Source of the DNA: an uncultured Coriobacteriaceae bacterium
Lineage (GTDB): Bacteria > Actinomycetota > Coriobacteriia > Anaerosomatales > CAZWGV01
Reading direction: 5' to 3'
NCBI GenBank assembly: GCA_964633595.1
Contig: CAZWGV010000001.1
Span: forward strand, 33,083 to 97,082
DNA length: 64,000 nucleotides
The notes beneath the pieces are model-generated. The model worked only from the letters and a program-made list of their open reading frames with translations, did not search any database and had not been told where the DNA came from. The position numbers and the translations under genes are program-made. This document shows positions 34,513 to 44,302 of the stretch, in pieces. Numbering within the stretch: the stretch's first letter is position 1; every line of letters starts with the position of its first letter.

Positions 34513-35576
34513 GCATCCGGCGCGTTCTCAAGATCTTCCGGAAGGACATGCGTCTTGGTCCCCGCTCTCCAGTCTTTCTGTACGCACTCCTCCTACCCGT
34601 GATGATGACGTTCGTCATACAGGTGGTGTTCGCGAGTTTGTTCAACCCGGTTCCCCGGCTCGGGATCGTGGACAAGGGCACATCGGCGCTCACCACAGAC
34701 GCCCAAGCACTCGAAGGTATCGAGGTGACGCTCCTCGACGATGCAGAGGAACTGAAGGCACAGGTTGAAGCGAACGACCTCGACGCGGGCGTGGTGCTGC
34801 AGGCGGACTTCGATCGCGCGGTGCGCTCGGGCGAGAGGCCCGACCTCGAGTTCTACATCGGCGGCGAGAGCCTCGCCTCGAACAGGGTGATCCTCGGCGT
34901 GACGGCGCTAGACCTGGTTCGCGAGGTGGAGGGCAAGGTCTCGCCTGTGGATGTGGTGATCAACGACTTCGGCGAGGCCGTGCTCCCTCTCTCCAGGCGT
35001 CTCATCCCGCTGGTACTCATGTACTCGTTCATCATGGCAGGTGTCTTCCTTCCCGCGTTCGCAGTTGCCCAGGAGCGCGAGCAGCACACGTTGAGCGCCC
35101 TCGTCGTGACCCCCGTTCGTCTGCCCGAGATACTCGCGGGCAAGGCACTCATGGGCTTGACGATGGCGGTGGCCATGGCGGTTGTGACCCTGGGTCTCAA
35201 CCAGGCCCTGGGTGCATCTCCGGTTGCTTTGATCGCGGCGATAGTCGTCGCCGCGATCATGTCTACGATGATCGGATTGGTCTTCGCCACGGGTTCCAAG
35301 GATGTGACCATGCTGTACGCGCTCATCAAGGGCACGGGGATCTTGATCATGGGACCAGTGGTCTTCTACATCTTCCCGAGCTGGCCACAGTGGATAGCGA
35401 AGCTGTTCCCCACCTACTGGTTCATAGACCCCATCTATCAAGTGGCGATCCGTGACGCGGCGCTGAGCGACGTGGCGGGGAGTCTGGGGGTCGCTCTCGC
35501 GATCAGCGCGGTCCTCGTTCTGCCGGTGATCTTCCTCGCACGTCGTCTGCAAGGTGCGCTCGCAGCGGAGGGGTGA
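34509..35576 (+). CDS. ABC-2 type transporter permease (second)
   Basis: ATG 34509 overlaps the previous stop (ATGA). Same topology as the previous permease. Confidence 0.7.
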   Translation: MSIRRVLKIFRKDMRLGPRSPVFLYALLLPVMMTFVIQVVFASLFNPVPRLGIVDKGTSALTTDAQALEGIEVTLLDDAEELKAQVEANDLDAGVVLQADFDRAVRSGERPDLEFYIGGESLASNRVILGVTALDLVREVEGKVSPVDVVINDFGEAVLPLSRRLIPLVLMYSFIMAGVFLPAFAVAQEREQHTLSALVVTPVRLPEILAGKALMGLTMAVAMAVVTLGLNQALGASPVALIAAIVVAAIMSTMIGLVFATGSKDVTMLYALIKGTGILIMGPVVFYIFPSWPQWIAKLFPTYWFIDPIYQVAIRDAALSDVAGSLGVALAISAVLVLPVIFLARRLQGALAAEG

Positions 35577-35700
35577 GCAATCTCCCGGACGGATGACGTC
35601 TCGGGGTTAGCGCCGGTGGTCCGCACCGGTCACCAGGGGGAAGTGTGACGCAGGTCACACCGTAGTAGTATATGGGACGCTCGCGAGCCGCAGTCCCGCA

Positions 35701-37263
35701 ATGGAGGGCATGTTGTCCGAGAAAGCCGTCCGCGCAACCAAGGCCGCGATAGCCGTCATCTCGCTGGTCGGCGTTGTCGCGGTCGTGGGCTTGCTGGTGC
35801 TCCCGGTGCTGGTGGGTTCTCCGTCCCTTCCCGGGAGCGGGCGTGCCACATCGCGAGGCTCCGATGCTGCGTCATCCCCGCTGGACGGTGATGCAGATGT
35901 TCGTCGACCCTCGGCTAGAGCAGGATCGCCGGATGCGGCGGAGGGCTCGGCCGACGGCGAGGATCTCCTCGCGTATCACGAGCCGACGACCCCTGGAGCG
36001 AGGGCCTCTGTAGGTCGCGAGCCTGGCCCGAGAGCCGCTTCAAAGACGCGGGACGACGACCTGATCGGCGTTGGCGGAACGGCTTCCGGTGGCTCTGGCG
36101 AGACAGGAGGCTCCGGGAACTCGGATGTCCCCGGCGAATCCGTGCCTGGCGGTGGCAGTGTCGAGCCCGGTCCCGGTGAGGCAAGTGGTAGTTCCTCGGA
36201 CGGGTCCCCCGGCGGTGCCTCACCTGCGGGCAGCGGCTCAAGCCAGCAGTGGCCGAACGGTTCTGACGCATCTGGCGGCGGACGTCCGCAATCGGGTGCA
36301 GCACCGGCCGCAGACAAGAGCCCCCCTGCTGCTCCGGCTGCGTACGCGACACTCAGCGGCAGGGTGGCCCACGAAGTCTGGGGCGTGCCCGTCTCCGGTG
36401 TGCGCATCGTGCTCTCCGGTCGTGCGACCGCCGTTAGCGGCTCGGACGGGATCTACAAGCTCGTAGTTCCGGCAACCGGCGAGCTGGGGACCATCGCACT
36501 CGACCTATCAGGAACGTCGTGGCTGACCCACGGGGCGTCGGTTGGCGTTGTGGCGCTCGCGCCGGGCACTTCGGTCCGCGACTTCTCCGTATATCACAGC
36601 GATGAGGCGCAGGGGGATTCCCAGAACTCAACCGGCTGGTGGAAGAACTGGGGTTTTCGGATCACCAGACCTCAGATGGATGCGATCGCGGGGAGAGTCA
36701 GGTCAGCCTCCCGCACCTTCCCGTCTGTCGGTTCCGACTCGGTGAGCGGGGTAGTGTCGGGCAGGGGTTCCCCCTCTACCGAGACACGAGCAAAGGGCGA
36801 GCTGCTCGCTATGTGGCTGAATGTTGCCTCCGGGAGACTGGGCTTCGACACAGCTGTCGATGTGTCCAATGTGTCCGGTTGGGCCGAGGCTGTGCCGAGC
36901 GCCAACACTCACGGGCGGACATCAGCCCTGCGCCTCGTCAGGGATCTGGACAACCTCGCCGCATCGGGTGCTCGCGGAGGGACACTTTGGAGCGCTGTCT
37001 CAGGCTGTGCGTCTCCGCGCGCATTGGGGCCGACTGCCGCCAGCGCCGCCGGATTCGATCCCGTGGCGCCCGTTGTCCCAGCGCAGCCGATCATCAGCGA
37101 GGAAGCCCCACCCCCATCGCCTGCGCCTTCTCAGCAGGTTTCTGTGCCCGACAAGTCCGGCGGCGGCGGTGCGATGGAGTCCACCAGATCCGGGGACTCC
37201 CAAACCAAATCTCGTGAGGTTCCCGGACTCGCCCGCGGGCACCAGAACAAGCTAGCGCGCTAG
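35701..37263 (+). CDS. membrane-anchored Gly/Ser/Pro-rich surface protein with CarboxypepD_reg-like domain
   Basis: N-terminal TM AIAVISLVGVVAVVGLLVL, a long low-complexity linker, the beta-sandwich motif LSGRVAHEVWGVPVSGVRIVLSG...SGSDGIYKLVV, and a WWKNW...ELLAMWLNVASGRLG module shared with the 701-aa protein at 44303. Confidence 0.5.
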   Translation: MEGMLSEKAVRATKAAIAVISLVGVVAVVGLLVLPVLVGSPSLPGSGRATSRGSDAASSPLDGDADVRRPSARAGSPDAAEGSADGEDLLAYHEPTTPGARASVGREPGPRAASKTRDDDLIGVGGTASGGSGETGGSGNSDVPGESVPGGGSVEPGPGEASGSSSDGSPGGASPAGSGSSQQWPNGSDASGGGRPQSGAAPAADKSPPAAPAAYATLSGRVAHEVWGVPVSGVRIVLSGRATAVSGSDGIYKLVVPATGELGTIALDLSGTSWLTHGASVGVVALAPGTSVRDFSVYHSDEAQGDSQNSTGWWKNWGFRITRPQMDAIAGRVRSASRTFPSVGSDSVSGVVSGRGSPSTETRAKGELLAMWLNVASGRLGFDTAVDVSNVSGWAEAVPSANTHGRTSALRLVRDLDNLAASGARGGTLWSAVSGCASPRALGPTAASAAGFDPVAPVVPAQPIISEEAPPPSPAPSQQVSVPDKSGGGGAMESTRSGDSQTKSREVPGLARGHQNKLAR

Positions 37264-37281
37264 CAGCTGCCGAGGAGTTCC

Positions 37282-38928
37282 TTGTCCTACTACGATCTGC
37301 CGCATAGGCGGAAGATGATAATCCTTGGCGGCGTGCTTCTGGGCATGCTGCTGGGTGCTATGGATCAGACGGTCGTGAGTACCGCGATGCCGCGCATCGT
37401 CCGCGATCTCGGCGGCATCCAGCTCCTAGCCTGGGTCTTCACTGTCTACGCGCTGACCAGCACGGTGGCGACGCCTATCGCTGGCAAGCTCTCAGACCTG
37501 TACGGCCGGAAGTGGCTCTACCTGGGCGGGATAGTCATCTTCGTCGGCGCTTCCGTCGCGTGCGGGTTCTCGCGAGGCATGACTGAACTCATCGCTTGGC
37601 GCGGCGTGCAAGGCATCGGCGGCGGGGCGATGATGGCACTGGCGATGGCGCTCGTCGGGGACCTCTTCCCGCCGCGGGAACGCGGTCGCTACCAGGGGGT
37701 GTTCGGAGCCGCATGGGGAATAGCCTCTGTCGTGGGACCCCTTCTCGGTGGATTCCTCACCGACGCCCTGTCCTGGAGATGGATCTTCTTCATCAACCTG
37801 CCTCTAGGTGTCGTTGCGGTGGCCGTGCTCGTCAGGGTCGTCCCGGCCCCAGAGCGCGGGCAGAGGCACGCGATCGACTGGTGGGGCAGTCTCGCGCTCG
37901 TGATCGGATTGGTGCCACTCATGCTCGCGCTGAACCTCGGAGGTGCGCAGCTCGGATGGACCTCGGCCACGACGATCGGTCTCGTGGCGCTCGCGGTTGG
38001 CGCACTAGGGGCCTTCATCCTCATCGAGAGGCGACATCGAGAGCCCGTCATCGATCTGGCGAGCTTCCGTCACGGCGTCTTCGCGGTCTCCGCCGTGGCG
38101 TCCTTCTTGTCCGCTTCGGGCATGTTCGGCTCGATCATGTTCATCCCGCTATACCTCCAGGTGGTGATGGGTCTCAGCGCAACGCGCTCGGGGATCGCCC
38201 TGACACCCCTCGTGCTCGGGATGGTGGCATCGTCTATCACTGCGGGTCAGATCATCAGCCGGACGGGCAGATACAAACGGCTGGGGGTGGCCGCATCGGT
38301 ACTTGCCGCCTCGGCTATGTTCCTGATGTCCCGCATAACGCCCGATACGTCGATGGCGCTGCTGTTCGCGGTGGCCTTCGTTCTCGGTGCCGGTATCGGA
38401 GTTGGTATGCCGCTGTTCACGGTGGCGGTCCAGAGCGCGTTCCCGAGGCGGATCGGCTCGGCCACCGCCTCCTTGCAGTTCTTCCGTTCGATCGGGGGGA
38501 CTGTGGGCGTGGCTCTGCTCGGCGGAGTCATGAACGTCACGCTGCGGTCCAGCCTGCGTCAGTCAGTTGCCGAGCACACCGCGATCTTGGAGCCGATAGC
38601 CGGCCAGCTGCGCGAAGCGCTCATGCAGCCCGAGCGGCTTCTCAACGAGGGTGCCCTGGACGCGCTCGCGGCAGAACTGCCTCCCGGCTCGAGCCAGGCT
38701 TTCGCCGTGTTCGCGGCTGACCTGCAGGGTTCTCTCGCCGAAGCGATCAGCTCCACATTCGGCTGGGCGTTCATACTGCTCGTGGGGGCGGCATCAGTCA
38801 TGATGTTCATGCCGGAGATACCTCTCTCGGAAGGTCATCCTAAAAGGTCGCCTGCCGAGGAGGCTGGTGTAGAGCTACTGGCGGATGAGACCGTCCTGCC
38901 AGCCGAGCACCAGCCCGAGGTAACCTGA
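37282..38928 (+). CDS. MFS transporter, DHA2 (14-TMS EmrB/QacA-like) family
   Basis: TTG start after GAGGAG. Motifs [40 protein letters not shown]; about 14 TM segments. Confidence 0.85.
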   Translation: MSYYDLPHRRKMIILGGVLLGMLLGAMDQTVVSTAMPRIVRDLGGIQLLAWVFTVYALTSTVATPIAGKLSDLYGRKWLYLGGIVIFVGASVACGFSRGMTELIAWRGVQGIGGGAMMALAMALVGDLFPPRERGRYQGVFGAAWGIASVVGPLLGGFLTDALSWRWIFFINLPLGVVAVAVLVRVVPAPERGQRHAIDWWGSLALVIGLVPLMLALNLGGAQLGWTSATTIGLVALAVGALGAFILIERRHREPVIDLASFRHGVFAVSAVASFLSASGMFGSIMFIPLYLQVVMGLSATRSGIALTPLVLGMVASSITAGQIISRTGRYKRLGVAASVLAASAMFLMSRITPDTSMALLFAVAFVLGAGIGVGMPLFTVAVQSAFPRRIGSATASLQFFRSIGGTVGVALLGGVMNVTLRSSLRQSVAEHTAILEPIAGQLREALMQPERLLNEGALDALAAELPPGSSQAFAVFAADLQGSLAEAISSTFGWAFILLVGAASVMMFMPEIPLSEGHPKRSPAEEAGVELLADETVLPAEHQPEVT

Positions 38929-38940
38929 GGAAGCAGCGAC

Positions 38941-39354
38941 ATGTCCTACCAGCAAGACTACATACTGCGCCTGATCGAGAATGTTGGCGTGATGCTGCAG
39001 CGAATCATGGATCTCATGCAGCGGGGCAAGGCCGCAGAGGCGCTGGTGACTACGGATGAGGCCGTGGGCATTCTCGTAGGGGTGGATTCGCCCGTGGTGG
39101 ATAGCATGACGGTGTCCAGCGTAGCCACGTTCCTCATGGTGGGAGCTGAGCTGGACGTTCCCCGATGCATCCTGCTCGCGCGCCTGTGGGCGGAGAGGGC
39201 CGAGGCCCTGGAGGTCGAAGGGGACGCCGAGGGTGGCAGGAGGCAGCGCGTCCGGGCGGCAGAGCTGCTGCGCCTCGCGACGGATGAGGCGAGAGGCGAA
39301 GAGGCCGAAGAGATCCGTACCGCGCTGGCGGAGATCTTCGCCGCCGAGGAGTGA
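38941..39354 (+). CDS. hypothetical helical protein
   Basis: 137-aa ORF starting 12 nt after the MFS gene. No recognisable family. Confidence 0.4.
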   Translation: MSYQQDYILRLIENVGVMLQRIMDLMQRGKAAEALVTTDEAVGILVGVDSPVVDSMTVSSVATFLMVGAELDVPRCILLARLWAERAEALEVEGDAEGGRRQRVRAAELLRLATDEARGEEAEEIRTALAEIFAAEE

Positions 39355-39367
39355 GCCGGAGCCGGTG

Positions 39368-39787
39368 CTAGCTGTTCGGCCAGCCGAGATAGCGTGCGGC
39401 GAAGTACCCGGCTGTGGAGACCGTGCCGGTGAGCACTGCTCCCCATACCAGGTCGACTGCGGTGACGACGCGCGACCAGTCCTTTAGCGTGGCCAGGTTG
39501 GTGAGGTCGTACGTGCCATACGCCACCAGTCCGAACAGCGCGCCGTACAAGATAGCCCGGCTGGCCGACGCGGTCTCGGCCGCGGGCAGCGTCGCCAGCA
39601 CCATGACGCCGAACACGTAGAGCAGGTAGAAGCCGATGGCCACAGGCCAGTTGGGGCTATCCAGCATGAGGTGGCCGAGGTTGTCTCGGTAGAAGTTGCG
39701 TGCCACCACGCCCAACCAGATCATGTCGATGATGAAGAAGACGACGACCATGAAGAGGTATAGCCAGACGTACTTCACAGGCTGCAT
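39368..39787 (-). CDS. DUF2177 family membrane protein
   Basis: Start at MQPVKYVWLYLFMVVVFFIIDMIWLGVVARNFY; YGTYDLTNLATLKDW motif is present. Confidence 0.65.
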   Translation of the reverse strand: MQPVKYVWLYLFMVVVFFIIDMIWLGVVARNFYRDNLGHLMLDSPNWPVAIGFYLLYVFGVMVLATLPAAETASASRAILYGALFGLVAYGTYDLTNLATLKDWSRVVTAVDLVWGAVLTGTVSTAGYFAARYLGWPNS

Positions 39788-39887
39788 GTGGGCCTCCTGA
39801 GGCGCGCCGGTACCCTCGTCACCATGAACTACCCCAGCGGGTGTGTTACAGGAAACGTGATCTCGGGCTGATGAGGGTGCGCTGTGG

Positions 39888-40334
39888 CTAGACGAACCAG
39901 TCGTGACGGCTGACAAGTCCGCGAACCTGGTCGCTCCGGTCGAGCTTCTCCAGGTTCAGCTTCTCGAGCGCTTCGTCGACCTCGCGGATGCGGGAACTCA
40001 TCTTCCGGAGGATTCCCCACACCATGGGCGTCGAACAGAGCTGTTCGAACTCGGACTTGTCGACGACCTCTAGCTCAACGTCGCCGATAGCTGCGACAGT
40101 GGCGGAACGAGGCTTCTTGTCGAATAGCGCCATCTCGCCGAAGTGCTCGCCCTGGTTGAGCGTCGCCAGGGTCGTGCGCTTGCCGTCGCGCACCCTGAAG
40201 ACGCTCACCTTGCCACGCTTGACCAGGTACATCTTGTCTGCGGCGTCGCCCTCGTGAAAGAGGACCTCCCCGTCGGCGAGACGTACCGTCCGGCCTGAAT
40301 GCATGCTCATCCGCCAACCCCCCTCAGGCTCCAA
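39888..40334 (-). CDS. stand-alone cyclic-nucleotide-binding domain protein
   Basis: LFHEGDAADKMYLVKRGKVSV...GEHFGEMALFDKKPRSATVAA is a cNMP-binding beta-roll with the FGE..A...RSA motif. No HTH or other output domain. Confidence 0.75.
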   Translation of the reverse strand: MEPEGGWRMSMHSGRTVRLADGEVLFHEGDAADKMYLVKRGKVSVFRVRDGKRTTLATLNQGEHFGEMALFDKKPRSATVAAIGDVELEVVDKSEFEQLCSTPMVWGILRKMSSRIREVDEALEKLNLEKLDRSDQVRGLVSRHDWFV

Positions 40335-40453
40335 GTGAGTGCCGGGCCACCATTCTACACCCGTAGCAGCCGGATGCCGCAGGAGGCCGGGTGGTACGGC
40401 CCGGCCTCCTCGGCGTGAGATAGCTGCGGACGAGGTCGATGACCCCGCCAGCT

Positions 40454-43400
40454 CTACTTGTGCGGCACCACGATGTTGCCGCCCCGGATACTGACGGCAT
40501 TGGCGCTCACGCTGGGAGAGCGGCCGAGCGACAGGTCGCCGATGACCGCGCTCTCCTTGTCGCGTGTCTCGATCCAGAATCTGTCTACACCGGTGCCGGG
40601 CTCATTGCGATCCTCGACGTACGCGGTGAAGCTGTGGTTGCCCTCGGGCAGCGCCATCGTCGGGGACTGGTATGTCGCCCGGCCGGTGAACGACGCCCAG
40701 CCGAAGCCGCTGTTGGTCGGTGAACTGAGCGCTAGCCCGCCCAGAGCGTTGCTCTTCACGCGGTAGATGGTGCCGTCGGGCATGTGCCGGATGAGCAGCA
40801 GGCTGCCCTGAACGTTCGTGCCGTTCTTGTTGTACTTCATCGTATAGCCGAAGTTCGTCTTGTCGCCCTTGTTCGTGCCGTTCTCGGAGTCTGGCCAGTA
40901 GAACCAGCCGCCGCCGGTAGTGAACCCGAGGCTCGGGTCGTAGACGGTGACGGCGCCCTCGGTGTAGCCGGTGTAGTATCGGCCGTTCACCGTCACCTCG
41001 ACAACGTAGGTGTTCACAGCCAGGTTCGCTGGCACTGCGATCGTGAACTTGCCTTCGGCGTCAGGGCCGGTCACCACTCCCGCGCATCCGGAACCAGGAC
41101 CGATGGGGACGAGTCTCGCGGTCACGACGGCTCGCCTGCGGTCGCCGATCTCGGCCGTGTCATCCTCGTGCAGCCACGCGATGAGCGTGAAGGCCGGGGC
41201 AGAGCCACCAGGCTTGGTCACCTGGACCGCCGCCGGGCTGTTGTCGTCGAACACGACCTTGGCCCTCTCGCACGATACGACGAGCTGGACCGCTGCGTTC
41301 ACTGATGTGGCACCGTCGCTCACGGCGCAGTTCATGTTGTAGGTACCCTCGGGCTCCATGGCGCGGCCCGCGATGCGGAAGGTCTTGCGCACACCATCAC
41401 CGGTCGTCGGGTCGCTCATCGGCGTCGATGAGGGCGAGCCATAGGCGAGGTCCGCACACAGACTGCCGGATATCGTGAGGTCGGGCGAGTCGATGTCCTC
41501 GGCAACGATGACGATCGGAGTGACCGAGTCGCTGTACTGCTTGGTCTGAGTTGACGGAGTGACCGAGACGACCACCGGCGCGTCGTTCACAGGCGTGACG
41601 TTGATGGTGAGGGTGTTGGGCGTCGGGTCGAGGTCGACACCGCCGCGCTCAGTGCCGCCGTTGTCCTGCACCTGGAAGGTGAAGGATGTGTACTGCGAGC
41701 CGTTCTCATCGGCGACGGGGCTGAAGCGGAGCTTGCCGTCCGCGATGTCGGCTGCGGAGATGAAGTCGCCTTCCGCGACCGCCGCCCCATTGCTGCGAAG
41801 TACGCCCTTGGCCGGCAGGGTCGCGATCTTGACTGCTGCTAGCACGTTGTGCGCGATGGAGTCGTTGGGGTCGGTGAAGCCGAAGTTGGCCGCTGCGAAG
41901 GTGTATGTGGTGTCCTCGAGCGTAGTGACGGTCTTGTCGGTGCCGGCCGGGGCGTCGTTGACGGAACGCACGGTGATGGTGACTGTGGCGATCGTCGAAG
42001 TGTCGTCGTCGAGAGCTTCGTACTTGAAGCTGTCGGTCCCGTGGAAGTTCGGGCTGGGCGTGTAGGTAAAGGAGCCGTCTGCGCCGACCGTGACAGTACC
42101 GTGCACAGGATTCGAGACCTTCGCCGCACTGAGCGGGAGGTCGGCGGGCACGTCGCTGTCGTTGGCTAGTACGCCTGGGGCGTCGACGCTCAGGATGCCG
42201 TCTTCGTTGACCGAGTAGCTGTCGTCGGTAGCGTCTGGAGCCACGTTGGCGACCGTGACAGCGAGCGTGTCGCGGCTCGTCTCATCGTCGTCCGTGACGG
42301 TCACGGTCACCACATAGCTGCCGTCCTGCTCGTATACGTTGGACAAGGAGAACGTCTTGCCGGTGAGCGTGAGCGGGACCTCTCCCGCGCCCTCGCCGTA
42401 GTCCACGGTGGCCGTCCAGCTGTCGTCGCCGGGATCGGTGAAGCTGCCGGACTGGGAGAACGTGTCGCCCTCGTCTATGGCGGCGTCGGCTCCGGCGTCT
42501 ACCGAAGGAGCCACGTTGGCGACCGTGACAGCGAACGCAGCGCTCCCGGAGCGACCTGTTGAATCCTCAACTGTAACGCTGACCGGCCGAACCGCGGGCC
42601 CGTCAGCGTAGGTATGTACGCGAGTTCCAAGCGAACCAGCCGAACCTGTTGTGAAGACATCATTCGGCGTCCCGTCGCCCCAGGCTACCGTCACGGTCCA
42701 CGGACCCCCGTCCGGATCGCTGAACGAACCCAGCGAGAAGGACTTGGCGACGCCCTCTGTCGCGATCTGCGAGGCGGGTGCAGTGACCTTTGGTGTCGTG
42801 GGTGCCGCGACGGCCACCGTCACGGTGGCTGCCTTGCTCGGCTTGTAGTACGCATTGCCGACGAACCTCGTCACCAGCTTGTAGGTACCGCCGTCCGAGG
42901 GGAGTGTCATCGCGGGCGAGCCCGTTGTCTTGCCGGTTGCGTCGACGTTCGCCAACACGGGGCCGGCTTCGCGAACCGTCTCAGCCGAGTTGAACAGCTC
43001 GAACGTCGCCAGGTTCGCACCGGCGAGGTTCGGATCGGGGGAGATGGTGCCATTCAAACCACCCGGCGGCGCCGGACTCCCACCGTCAAGATCCGCCACA
43101 GTAGCGGCGAGAGCCAGTGGTGTTCCCGCGATACCGGACGTCGCGCCACCGTAGGTGACACGAGTATCTTCCTTGTCGACGTGCGAGAAGGCTGTCTGTG
43201 GTGTGTTCCGAGCTCCGACATGCGACACAACGAAGGTGTATCTCGTCGCGTCGCTCGTCGGATCCGAGGGCAGGCAGCGCAAGGGAACGTCGACCGTGAA
43301 CGTTGCGGCCTTGTTTTGCCCGCCGGTGGACCACGACGGCCCCGTGAGGGTGGTGACCACCGAGTCCTCGTAGTCGAGGTAGTCGCCATCGCGATTCCCG

Positions 43401-43939
43401 TCAAGGCTAACCGTGACTGGCTTGCTACCCGGTTCGTCATCCTTGGTGGTGCTCTCAAGCTTTCCTGTCACCCTCGCGAAGTCCGAGTAGTCCGGTCCGG
43501 GAGAGGGCGGGGATACGGCGGTGGGACCGATCTCAATGAAGTACGGATCGAACTCGGTCACGAACACCGCGCCCGAGGCCTGTCCGGTGGCGATCACGAG
43601 GTAGATGCCGGCGGGCGCAGTGTCATACATGAAGAATGTGTCGAGGAACTCCCCGGCTTCGTTCGCGAAGACGGTGTTGTACTGCTCTAGGCTGCCCTCG
43701 GGCGCGTAGACCTCCACGACTACGGGCTCGCTCGGCCACATCTCGTCGCCGAAGATGTGCACCGTATCACCCCAGTCATAGAAGAAGCGCGGGAACTCCT
43801 TGTAGTACTCCCGCGTGTTCTGGTCGTCTCCGGTCCATACGGCGGCGTGCGCCGCCAGGACGCCAAACGAGAGCACGATCGCCAGCGTGACGACTGCGAG
43901 AGCCGCTAGACGACCAAAGTGCCGTCTCCGCATGCGCAT
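40454..43939 (-). CDS. large secreted multi-domain surface protein (Ig/PKD/cadherin-like repeats)
   Basis: 1161-aa ORF with signal MRMRRRHFGRLAALAVVTLAIVLSFGVLAAHA/AV. Repeated VANVAP / VNDAP linker motifs, a PKD-like WGDGT segment, and a C-terminal GGGWF...NFGYTMKY...DRNEPGTGVDRFWI module. No LPXTG. Confidence 0.8.
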   Translation of the reverse strand: MRMRRRHFGRLAALAVVTLAIVLSFGVLAAHAAVWTGDDQNTREYYKEFPRFFYDWGDTVHIFGDEMWPSEPVVVEVYAPEGSLEQYNTVFANEAGEFLDTFFMYDTAPAGIYLVIATGQASGAVFVTEFDPYFIEIGPTAVSPPSPGPDYSDFARVTGKLESTTKDDEPGSKPVTVSLDGNRDGDYLDYEDSVVTTLTGPSWSTGGQNKAATFTVDVPLRCLPSDPTSDATRYTFVVSHVGARNTPQTAFSHVDKEDTRVTYGGATSGIAGTPLALAATVADLDGGSPAPPGGLNGTISPDPNLAGANLATFELFNSAETVREAGPVLANVDATGKTTGSPAMTLPSDGGTYKLVTRFVGNAYYKPSKAATVTVAVAAPTTPKVTAPASQIATEGVAKSFSLGSFSDPDGGPWTVTVAWGDGTPNDVFTTGSAGSLGTRVHTYADGPAVRPVSVTVEDSTGRSGSAAFAVTVANVAPSVDAGADAAIDEGDTFSQSGSFTDPGDDSWTATVDYGEGAGEVPLTLTGKTFSLSNVYEQDGSYVVTVTVTDDDETSRDTLAVTVANVAPDATDDSYSVNEDGILSVDAPGVLANDSDVPADLPLSAAKVSNPVHGTVTVGADGSFTYTPSPNFHGTDSFKYEALDDDTSTIATVTITVRSVNDAPAGTDKTVTTLEDTTYTFAAANFGFTDPNDSIAHNVLAAVKIATLPAKGVLRSNGAAVAEGDFISAADIADGKLRFSPVADENGSQYTSFTFQVQDNGGTERGGVDLDPTPNTLTINVTPVNDAPVVVSVTPSTQTKQYSDSVTPIVIVAEDIDSPDLTISGSLCADLAYGSPSSTPMSDPTTGDGVRKTFRIAGRAMEPEGTYNMNCAVSDGATSVNAAVQLVVSCERAKVVFDDNSPAAVQVTKPGGSAPAFTLIAWLHEDDTAEIGDRRRAVVTARLVPIGPGSGCAGVVTGPDAEGKFTIAVPANLAVNTYVVEVTVNGRYYTGYTEGAVTVYDPSLGFTTGGGWFYWPDSENGTNKGDKTNFGYTMKYNKNGTNVQGSLLLIRHMPDGTIYRVKSNALGGLALSSPTNSGFGWASFTGRATYQSPTMALPEGNHSFTAYVEDRNEPGTGVDRFWIETRDKESAVIGDLSLGRSPSVSANAVSIRGGNIVVPHK

Positions 43940-44231
43940 ACGGAGCCACCTCCTTGCTCAGCCCTGTCGCCGGCCGGACGACGGGGCACCCCCGGATCTC
44001 CCGCGCTCGCCTCGGCAGTCGCCGAAGAAGCGCAGGCTCGACGGCGCAACGCGGAGGCTGCGTCGCCGAGCGGTTAGTATCTTATGTCGAGCGACACCTC
44101 TCGCGCGTCGTCCATGAGGCTGATTCAGGGATGATTTGCGGGTCATACCACTCTCTAGTCGCAATCTCCGCTCATCGGCGCCACCGCACCCACTCGTCCG
44201 CCTCTGATTACCGAGTATCTGGAAGATGAAA

Positions 44232-44259
44232 GGAGCCCGCCGGTGGCCCGGCGGGCTCC
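44232..44259 (-). terminator. rho-independent-type hairpin after the 701-aa gene
   Basis: ggagcccgccgg-tggc-ccggcgggctcc forms a 12-bp perfect stem with a 4-nt loop, 44 nt downstream of the stop on the minus strand, followed on that strand by TTTCATCTT. Confidence 0.65.
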
Positions 44260-44302
44260 TCCACGATTCCCATGGAACTCTAGCTGCGACTTGCCTCAGT
44301 GC

